From Hyalangium minutum (GTDB lineage: Bacteria > Myxococcota > Myxococcia > Myxococcales > Myxococcaceae): a stretch of 64,000 bases of DNA. The position numbers and the translations under genes are program-made. Location of the stretch: contig NZ_JMCB01000009.1 of assembly GCF_000737315.1 (NCBI RefSeq), forward strand, positions 124,001 through 188,000. Direction: 5' to 3'. The notes beneath the pieces were generated by a model. It was not told where the DNA came from. It searched no databases and saw only the letters and a program-made list of their open reading frames with translations. This document shows positions 29,625-37,232 of this stretch, piece after piece (within the stretch, counting starts at the first letter, position 1; every line of letters starts with the position of its first letter).

Positions 29625-30680
29625 CTAGCCGCTTGTGCCGTCAGAACGGTGGGGCAGGCGCAGAAGGTTGCGAAAGAAAACCTCTGTCTCCTCCGGGTCC
29701 AAACCCAGCTCGGCGGCCCAGGCGCGGCGCTGAGCGAGAAGCGCCTCTTCTCGGGCCGCCTCTTCGCCCTGCCCTTCCAGAGGGCCGCTACGGTCGGCGC
29801 GTCGAGCGAGCTGGATGCGCCGGGCCAAGAGCGACATCAGCTCGCGGTCCAATTGCTCGAGGTGGGTCCGGTACTCCGTCTGCTCGGGAGGGCGGACCTC
29901 TGAGGTGGGAATCGCCATGCGCCCCGTGTCGGGAGCGGCAGCCTCGAGAGGAAGGCGCTCGAGGTCCTCGTGGACGGCCTGGAGCGCCGTGAGCAGCTCC
30001 CGGCGGGCCTCCGAGGAGAACGGGTTCTCGCGCTGGATGGCGGCAAAGAGGTGGCCAGCGTCCGAACGGACCGTCTCAATGGTGCGAGCCAGGGCCTTGA
30101 AGCTGGCGGGAGCAAACGGGACATCGAGCCCGATACCCGCGTCGATCATCCCTTTGGCCACGAAGAACGTCAGGGCGTGGGTATGGGCCATCACGCGGTC
30201 ATGGTTCTCGGCGGTCTGCTCGACGATCTCGCACCCGAGCCGCTCATAGAAAGCGCGAGCCCGCGCGGCAGCGCTGGGGTGCTGCGGGTTGGGACAGATG
30301 ACGACGCGCAGAGGCCGCTCAGCCATGGCGAGGCTGAGAGGGCCGAAGAGCGGATGGGTGCCCACCCAAGGGATCTCCGAACCCAGCACCTCGGCGAGCG
30401 CCTCCACAGGCTTCACCTTCACACTGCCCACATCCAGCACGAGCTGCGAGGGCGTCAGGTGCGGGCGCAGATCCCGAAGCACGGAGCGCATCCGAGAAAC
30501 AGGGACAGCTACGACAACGAGTTCTGCTCCGGAGACCAACGCAGGCAGCGAAGAGACGCGGTGCGATTCGGGAATCTCGGCAAAGGGGTCGAAGGCCCGG
30601 TAGTCCACGCCGGACTCCACCAGGAGCGATCCGAGCGCCCGGCCAAACCGCCCAAAGCCCACGAGAGCAACCTGCATCAC
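29625..30680 (-). CDS. tyrA: Prephenate/arogenate dehydrogenase fused to a C-terminal AroQ-type chorismate mutase-like domain
   Basis: GFGRFG, DVGSVK, GTHPLFGP, HDRVMA; C-terminal R..LEQLDRELMSLLARR...REE...A.ELGLDP. Confidence 0.8.
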   Translation of the reverse strand: MMQVALVGFGRFGRALGSLLVESGVDYRAFDPFAEIPESHRVSSLPALVSGAELVVVAVPVSRMRSVLRDLRPHLTPSQLVLDVGSVKVKPVEALAEVLGSEIPWVGTHPLFGPLSLAMAERPLRVVICPNPQHPSAAARARAFYERLGCEIVEQTAENHDRVMAHTHALTFFVAKGMIDAGIGLDVPFAPASFKALARTIETVRSDAGHLFAAIQRENPFSSEARRELLTALQAVHEDLERLPLEAAAPDTGRMAIPTSEVRPPEQTEYRTHLEQLDRELMSLLARRIQLARRADRSGPLEGQGEEAAREEALLAQRRAWAAELGLDPEETEVFFRNLLRLPHRSDGTSG

Positions 30681-30754
30681 GCGGACCTTAGTACAACCCT
30701 CACCCCTGATCTCGGCGGAGCGAGGCCCGTGTCTTCCCTGAACCAGGGCACTTG

Positions 30755-30820
30755 GGCACCTGTTCGGAAAGGTCGGGACTTTTCAGCCCTCAAAACCCCC
30801 GACCTTTCCGAACAGGTGCC
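30755..30820. repeat. 23-bp perfect inverted repeat with a 20-bp spacer (REP/MITE-like hairpin)
   Basis: GGCACCTGTTCGGAAAGGTCGGG (30755-30777) and CCCGACCTTTCCGAACAGGTGCC (30798-30820) are exact reverse complements. Confidence 0.9.
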
Positions 30821-30845
30821 TTCGGAGCGGGTCAGTTCGTCGGCC

Positions 30846-32426
30846 TCATTGTCCCGAACCGTCTGGCTTGACCGGATCAGAGGTGGGCTCGCGCTCGGTT
30901 GGGAAGATGGGCGCGTAGCAGGCTTGCTTAAACACAACTCCACTCTTCACGACCCTGCAATTCTCCAGGTCTCCGACTTCGACCTTCAGCCAGCACCCGC
31001 CATTGAGCGCCACCAGCCCTTTGCGGCAGTTGCCATTCCCATCCGGCTTCAACTGACCCTGCAACGGCTTGGGCGGAGCCTCCAACGCAATCCCCCTCCC
31101 TGAAGGGGCCTGCACCGTGGATTGAGAGGAGGTCGTTGCCGTGTCCCCCACATAAGTGACTCCCCCATCCTGACTCTCGGCAGCAGACCGCTCCACCATC
31201 CGGGGCTCGTCATCAGTGATCACCGGCTGCCTGTCCCGTGACCACAACAACACGCCCCCGGTCACGAGGGCTGCCAACCCGAGAAGCCCTGACACCACCC
31301 GTCTTTGCAGCTCACTGCGCGGCACTCTCCAAGTGGGCGCCTTCGGCTGCTGACGACATTGATTCTCCCTCCGAGCAGCGTCCGCCTCGAGTGCCTCGCG
31401 GACTGTGTCCCGGTTCCTCCGCCGTAAGCTGCGGCCTGATTTCTCGGCGCCGGGCAGCCCCTCACGCGACCACTCCGCGCGCGGCAGCGTTTCCCACTCG
31501 AAGAGGTTCTCGTGCGCTGTGGCGCGGGTCTGCTCGGCGCCCTGCTCCAGTTGCTCGGCCAGCTCCTTCGCCGTACCACGCGCCTCCGGCTTCAACGACA
31601 GCATCCGCCGAATGACGGCATCCAGTTCGGGCCCCACCTGAGGGTTCATCTCCTGCGGCGGCCGAGGCCCACTGCTCCCAGGCCGCCAGCACTTGCCTTC
31701 TTCCATGCTCGCATCCGTGAACGGCGGGTACTCGTCCGTCACCAACCGATAGGCCATCACACCCAAAGCGAACACATCGTCCGCTGGCCCCGCAACATAT
31801 CGCTCGTGCAAGTACCTTCCCAAGAGCCGGCCCTGTGCCCACGCCTCGGGACTGCGGTAAGCCGGAGTCCCCGGAGGTAGCACCGAGGACGTCAGCCGCT
31901 CCGCCCCTTCATAGTCACCCGCTCCGAAGTCCATCAGGAAGAGCCATTCATCCACCCGCCTGACCAAGACGTTGTCGCCCTTGACGTCCCGGTGCACTCC
32001 GCCCGCTTCATGGGTGGCCTGCAACGCCCGGGCAGCCTGAGCCAGCAGCCTGAGCACCGTGTGTTGACTCGGATTGCGCCGCGCGGCCCACCTGTACAGC
32101 GGCTCGCCTTCGATGCACTCCATCACCACGTATGGGTAGCAGAAGCCGTTCGGGTGCCTCCACACACCGCTGTCCAGCAAGCGCGGCACGCTGGAGTGGC
32201 GAGTCCGTCTCAGCAGCTCCGCTTCGCGCTGGAAGCGTGGATCCCTCGGGTGGAGCGCCATCTTGAGCGCCGCCTCCCCTGCGGCCTCGGCCCCCTGCCT
32301 CACGGCGCGGTAGACAGCGCCGTACACACCCACTCCTTGGCCCCCCTTCAAGCGCCAGGGCCCCACCTTTGTCCCGTATGGCAGGCTCCTCACATCCACA
32401 GCCTGATCGAGACTCGGCGCATCCAC
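30846..32426 (-). CDS. Ser/Thr protein kinase, membrane-anchored, with a Cys-rich C-terminus
   Basis: GVGVYG, ALK, HRDVKGDN, DFG, GTPAYRSPE; TM segment VVSGLLGLAALVTGGVLLW. Start probably GTG 32426 after AGGAG (ORF is open to 32504). Confidence 0.9.
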   Translation of the reverse strand: MDAPSLDQAVDVRSLPYGTKVGPWRLKGGQGVGVYGAVYRAVRQGAEAAGEAALKMALHPRDPRFQREAELLRRTRHSSVPRLLDSGVWRHPNGFCYPYVVMECIEGEPLYRWAARRNPSQHTVLRLLAQAARALQATHEAGGVHRDVKGDNVLVRRVDEWLFLMDFGAGDYEGAERLTSSVLPPGTPAYRSPEAWAQGRLLGRYLHERYVAGPADDVFALGVMAYRLVTDEYPPFTDASMEEGKCWRPGSSGPRPPQEMNPQVGPELDAVIRRMLSLKPEARGTAKELAEQLEQGAEQTRATAHENLFEWETLPRAEWSREGLPGAEKSGRSLRRRNRDTVREALEADAARRENQCRQQPKAPTWRVPRSELQRRVVSGLLGLAALVTGGVLLWSRDRQPVITDDEPRMVERSAAESQDGGVTYVGDTATTSSQSTVQAPSGRGIALEAPPKPLQGQLKPDGNGNCRKGLVALNGGCWLKVEVGDLENCRVVKSGVVFKQACYAPIFPTEREPTSDPVKPDGSGQ

Positions 32427-32572
32427 GATCCGCTCCTGCGGCCAGTATCTACCGCCGTTCGTCAGGCGCAAGCCTACCTCATGGGTCGTCTGACCGGCAT
32501 ACAACTCGAACCTCCCGAGTGACAGTTCCGCTCACGGGTACCCACTGGGAGGGCGGATCGAAATATGAGCGA

Positions 32573-32880
32573 GCGGCCAAGACTCACCGGTGAGCCCTGA
32601 GAGCCGGAGGTCCCAGGGAAAATCCCAGGTGGCCAAAGCTCACCGGTAAGCCCAGAGGACCGGACACATAGGGAGAGAACCTACAGGCTGCCAAGGCTCA
32701 CCAGTGAGCCATGACGGCCAGACGCCCGGGAGAAACCCCGGCTGCCAAGGCTCACCAGTGAGCCATGACGGCCAGACACCCGGGAGAGGCCCCCGGCTGC
32801 CAAGGCTCACCAGTGAGCCATGACGGCCAGACGCCCGGGAGAAACCCCGGCTGCCAAGGCTCACCAGTGAGCCATGACGA
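32573..32880. repeat. Tandem array of six 54-58-bp palindromic units
   Basis: Core GGCTCACCAGTGAGCC (or CCGG variant) starts at 32581, 32637, 32695, 32749, 32804 and 32858. Units 3-5 are near-identical; units 1-2 are degenerate. Confidence 0.92.
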
Positions 32881-32991
32881 CCGGTAATTCCTCGGCGACG
32901 GGCGCACCGGGCACCGTCCGCTGGGGTTCCTGGCGCCGAAACTGGTCTGACAAGTAGACCACCGGGCGCAGAACGCGCCGCCGGGACACCC

Positions 32992-35601
32992 TTAGCGGGA
33001 CGCAGAAGCCGGTGGGCTAAGCACCTTCATGGTGCCCTTCGTCACACCGAATTGCTCGTGCACGGCCGCGCGGCGCACAGCCTCGGCAGGCGACAGACGT
33101 CCCGCGAGCAGCTCCTGGTACGCGGACAGCACCCGCGTCGCCTCCTCCTGCGTCTCCCGGACGAACTCCACCCGGAAGCGGCGCACCCCGTGTTCCAGCA
33201 GCCGTGGCACGAGCGACGCCGCGCTCTGGGCCTGCGCGTTGAATACCGTGTTACGGCACCCCACGTCCACGATCACCGGGTGATCCAGCCCCAGGCGATC
33301 CTTCAGAGAGATCTGGTGCTTCTCACACGGCCGGCCACAGGTCCGGAAGTCGCGCCCGTTGGACAGCGTGTGCGAGTACACGCAATGCTCCGTGTGGAAC
33401 GTCGCGATGTGGTGGTGCAGCGCCACCGCGAGCCGGTGCGCTGGCACATGCTCCAGCAGCGAGAAGAGCTGGGTCGCGTCCAGATCGTGCGAACACGTCA
33501 GCGTGTCCAGCCCCAGCCCCAGCAGGTACGCCGCCGTCACCGAGTTCGTCACGTTGAGAGAGAAGTCTCCATGCAGCACCGGGCGCGGCTGGCCCGCAGG
33601 CCGCTCCAGGAAGTGCATCATCGCGCCCCAGTGGCGCACCAGCACCGCATCCGGACGCAGCCGGTCGATGCGCTGGTCGTAGCCCTCCTCGCCCGGCTTC
33701 TGCACTCGCACCGTCGCGATCGTGACGCGCAGCCCCGCAGCCCGGGCCCGCTCCACCGCCCGCTGCAGGCCCACCATCTCCATCCAGTCCAGCTCGACCT
33801 CGCGCAGCCCCGCCGCGATCACAGCCTCCAACTGCGCGTCGTTGCGGCACAGGGGCAGCAACCGCGCGGGCTCCTCCATGGGCCCCGAGGCCACACGCCC
33901 TACGTGCGAGGCCCGCACCGCGTCGAGCACCGGCGTCTCCGCCACCGTCCGCTTGTAGCCCTTCTCCACCGCTGCCGTGAGCTCCGTCACCAGTTGCCGC
34001 CGCAGCGCCTTGAGCTCGGAGACAGGCAGGTGCAGCCCCGGCGCCAGCGCCGAGCAGTCCAGTCGCGCCAGCCGGAACGGCGTCCCTCCGAAGGCTCCCA
34101 GCTTGTCTCGCAGCAGCGCCTCGTCCATGCCGCCGCCTCGCGCGGGGGCCAGCGGCGCCGGGCTGGCCGCGGAGGCCTCGTGTCCCCACGCGCTGGCGTC
34201 AATCCGGAGCGGACTCCCCTCTGCCCCCGAGATCTTCAGCTCGAGCGGGACACGGCCCTCGGGCTCACCCTGGGCGATCAGGCTCTCCACCCGGCGCGCC
34301 AGAGCGGGATCACTGTTGAGCCACACCCGCTGGCCTACCGCCACGCGCCCCAGATCCGGCCCCGGGTTGCCGAAGCCCAGCACCCACCCTTCGCCTCGGC
34401 GCTCCACGCGGAAGATGGGGCCACCGGGCTCGTTCTTGTCCTCAGGCCTGCCCGCATCGAACACCACGCCCATGCCTGGACGAGGCTCCACCGCATCAGG
34501 AGTGGGCTCTCCCTTCAACGGAGAAGACACGTGCCCCGCCGGGCTCTCCGGGCGCTCCTCGCCCAAGCCCAGCGCTCCCGTCCACGGGCGCTCGTCGGGG
34601 ACGATCACCACTTCCTTGCCAGAGAGGGAGCGCACGCGCCCGAGGTACACACCGCGGTGCTTCGGGAAGCGGCCCTCGACGAGCGTCTGGTGATCCGAGC
34701 CCGCCAGGAAGCCGTTCGAGAAGCCACGGCTGTACGTGAGCGACATGTCCGCCAGGTCCCGCTTGAGCTGGGCCTCATCCGGCTTCCCCGCGACGCACCC
34801 CTCCACCCACCGCTTGTAGCCCTGCACCGTCGAGGAGACGTAGGCGGGCCCCTTGAGCCGGCCCTCGATCTTCAACCCGTGCACGCCAATGCCCACCAGC
34901 TCGGGCACTGCGTAGACACCCGCCAGATCCTTGGGGCTGAGCAGGTACTTCACCTCGCCCAGCTCTCGCGTCTGGCCATCGACGACGAGATCGTACGGCA
35001 GGCGGCAGGACTGCGCGCACTGGCCTCGGTTGGCGGAACGCCCACCCCAGGCCTCACTCGTCAGGCATTGCCCGCTCCAAGACATGCAGAGCGCGCCGTG
35101 GATGAAGACCTCCAGCTCGACATCCGTCTGCCCCGCCAGCTTGCGGATCTCCGCGACGGACAGCTCCCGAGGCACCACCACCCGGCAGATCCCCAGCCCC
35201 TGCGCGAAGCGCACGCCCTCCGCGCTGGAGATCGTCATCTGCGTGGAGGCGTGCAGTTCCAGTTGAGGGCAGATCGCCCGGGCCAGCAGCGCCACAGCGG
35301 GATCCTGCAGAATCAGCGCGTCCACGCCCGCCGCAGCGGCCCCGCGAAGCAGTTGCTCGAGGATCGGTAGCTCGGGCTCGAAGACGAGCGTGTTGAGCGT
35401 CAGGTAGGCCCGCGCTCCCGCCCGGTGGATGAGGGCCATCGTCTCGGGGAGGCGGGCGAGCGAGAAGTTCTCGGCGCGGGCGCGGGCATTGAAGCCCTCG
35501 TCGAGCCCAAAGTAGACAGCGTCCGCTCCGCTGGCGAGCGCGGCCTGGAGGGACTCCAGATCCCCCGCGGGAGCAAGGATTTCGGGGCGGCGGGCAGGCA
35601 T
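32992..35601 (-). CDS. rlhA: Peptidase U32 family protein with DUF3656, RlhA-like 23S rRNA hydroxylase
   Basis: EILAPAG, GADAVYFG, HASTQ, EVFIHGALCMSWSGQC...SANRGQCAQSCR, LSPKDL, LKIEGR. Confidence 0.8.
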   Translation of the reverse strand: MPARRPEILAPAGDLESLQAALASGADAVYFGLDEGFNARARAENFSLARLPETMALIHRAGARAYLTLNTLVFEPELPILEQLLRGAAAAGVDALILQDPAVALLARAICPQLELHASTQMTISSAEGVRFAQGLGICRVVVPRELSVAEIRKLAGQTDVELEVFIHGALCMSWSGQCLTSEAWGGRSANRGQCAQSCRLPYDLVVDGQTRELGEVKYLLSPKDLAGVYAVPELVGIGVHGLKIEGRLKGPAYVSSTVQGYKRWVEGCVAGKPDEAQLKRDLADMSLTYSRGFSNGFLAGSDHQTLVEGRFPKHRGVYLGRVRSLSGKEVVIVPDERPWTGALGLGEERPESPAGHVSSPLKGEPTPDAVEPRPGMGVVFDAGRPEDKNEPGGPIFRVERRGEGWVLGFGNPGPDLGRVAVGQRVWLNSDPALARRVESLIAQGEPEGRVPLELKISGAEGSPLRIDASAWGHEASAASPAPLAPARGGGMDEALLRDKLGAFGGTPFRLARLDCSALAPGLHLPVSELKALRRQLVTELTAAVEKGYKRTVAETPVLDAVRASHVGRVASGPMEEPARLLPLCRNDAQLEAVIAAGLREVELDWMEMVGLQRAVERARAAGLRVTIATVRVQKPGEEGYDQRIDRLRPDAVLVRHWGAMMHFLERPAGQPRPVLHGDFSLNVTNSVTAAYLLGLGLDTLTCSHDLDATQLFSLLEHVPAHRLAVALHHHIATFHTEHCVYSHTLSNGRDFRTCGRPCEKHQISLKDRLGLDHPVIVDVGCRNTVFNAQAQSAASLVPRLLEHGVRRFRVEFVRETQEEATRVLSAYQELLAGRLSPAEAVRRAAVHEQFGVTKGTMKVLSPPASASR

Positions 35602-35670
35602 GGTCCTTCCTTAACACGCCAAGGCCGCGAAATTTGCCAGACTGCTCCCCCTACTTCCGAGGAGGAGCCC

Positions 35671-36123
35671 ATGCCACCGCGCACCAAGAGCTGGACCTAC
35701 GAGACGAACCTGAACTGGACCCAGGAGCTGGAAGGCTCGCTCGGGTCGAGCGGCCTCCCGGCGCTGGGCTTCGGCGCCCCCCCGGAGTTCGCCGGCAAGC
35801 CCGGCCAGTGGGGCCCCGAGACGCTCCTGCTGGGCGCCGCCGAGGCCTGCACGCTGCTCACCTTCCTCTCCCTGTGCCGCCGCAAGAACGTGCAGCACCT
35901 CTCCTATCGCAGCACCGCCACAGGCACCCTGGCCCTGGACTCGGAGGGGCTCATCCGCTTCACCGAGATCGTCGTCCGCCCCGTGGTCCAGGTGAAGAGC
36001 CAGGCCGACGCCGACACCGCCCGCGCCCTCTTCCTGGACGTGCCCAAGCGCTGCTTCGTTGGCTGCTCCCTCAAGGCCGAGCCGCGCATTGAGCCCACCA
36101 TCGAGGTCGTCAGCACGCCCTGA
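35671..36123 (+). CDS. OsmC family protein
   Basis: APPEFAG...WGPETLLLGAAEAC...KRCFVGCSL. Confidence 0.85.
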   Translation: MPPRTKSWTYETNLNWTQELEGSLGSSGLPALGFGAPPEFAGKPGQWGPETLLLGAAEACTLLTFLSLCRRKNVQHLSYRSTATGTLALDSEGLIRFTEIVVRPVVQVKSQADADTARALFLDVPKRCFVGCSLKAEPRIEPTIEVVSTP

Positions 36124-36132
36124 GCGCCCCGC

Positions 36133-37068
36133 CTACTTCGGGTCCCACCACACCGCGCCCTTGTCCTCGATGGCGAGCGCGGCCTTGCGGCGCACCTCGG
36201 AGAGCTGCCCGGCGGACAAGGGCTGGAAGGCAGCCGCGGCGGCCAGCGCGGCGTCCTGCTCGTTGGTGAAACTCATGCCCAGCAGCGACACGTCTGGATC
36301 CACGGTGAGCGTGTAGCGGACGCACTCCTCCACGGACAGGTGTGGCAGCGAGGGAGCGGGCGCCTCCTGCCCGCCCGAGCTCACCTTCCCCCGGGGTCGA
36401 GCCTGGAGCGGGCGCCCATAGCCTTCAGTGTCCCCCAGCAGCTTGCCCGCCCCGAAGGTCTTGAAACACACCGTCCCCACTCCCTTCGAGCGCGCCCGGG
36501 GCAGGATCTCCTCCACGTAGCGCGGGTGGCAGAAGGGGCCGATCGGGAACATCACCACGTCGCACAGTCCCGTCTCCAACGCCGCCTTCAGCACGTCCGG
36601 GTGATGGCTGGAGATGCCCCGGAAGCGGGCCTTGCCTGCTCGCACGCAGCGCCCGAGTTCCTCCATCCCACCGCCCGGCGCCGCGAGCCGCTCCCACACC
36701 TTCAGCTCCGACACGTTGTGGAAGGCGAAGAGATCCACCGCATCCAGCTTCAGCCGGCCCAGGCTCTCCTCGACTTGTCGCGTCACCGGCTGATCCAGCA
36801 GATCGATCTTGTCGATGACGAAGATGCCCTCGCGCCGGCCGCGCAGGGCCTCACCGACGATCTGCTCGCTGTAGCCGTCCTCGTAGCCTGGCGCGGTGTC
36901 CACCAGGTTCAGCCCCGCGTCCATGGCGCGCTGCAGCGTGGCCACGCACTGCCCCAAGGGCACTGACCGATCGGCCAGATCCCCGATTCCAATTGCCGTC
37001 ACATGGAATCCCGTGCGGCCCAGTTCCCGGCGCGGGGAGAAGTGCGGTAAGGGGCGTTCATCCGCCAT
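36133..37068 (-). CDS. Aldo/keto reductase
   Basis: GLNLVDTAPGY..G.SE, DLFAFH, RFRGISSH. Confidence 0.88.
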   Translation of the reverse strand: MADERPLPHFSPRRELGRTGFHVTAIGIGDLADRSVPLGQCVATLQRAMDAGLNLVDTAPGYEDGYSEQIVGEALRGRREGIFVIDKIDLLDQPVTRQVEESLGRLKLDAVDLFAFHNVSELKVWERLAAPGGGMEELGRCVRAGKARFRGISSHHPDVLKAALETGLCDVVMFPIGPFCHPRYVEEILPRARSKGVGTVCFKTFGAGKLLGDTEGYGRPLQARPRGKVSSGGQEAPAPSLPHLSVEECVRYTLTVDPDVSLLGMSFTNEQDAALAAAAAFQPLSAGQLSEVRRKAALAIEDKGAVWWDPK

Positions 37069-37232
37069 GACCCGCCTCCATAGGTATGGTGTCAGTCACC
37101 ATCCTTCATCATGGCCACCGCCCACCGCCAGCACCAACCCGCTGCTCCGTTGAAAGCGAGGCCAAACGGGTCAACCCAGCATTTCCCGTGTATTTTCTAA
37201 CAATCCTTCGGCATGCTTTGGTGTGTCGCTTC

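Noticed and set aside
32640-32864. 74-aa ORF with WPSWLTGEPWQP repeats
   Set aside because: Simply a translation of the DNA array. Unit lengths of 54, 55, 56 and 58 bp do not preserve frame, which argues against coding.
32573-32880. CRISPR array interpretation of the tandem repeats
   Set aside because: Segments between the palindromic cores are homologous to each other rather than unique spacers, and no cas genes are in the window.
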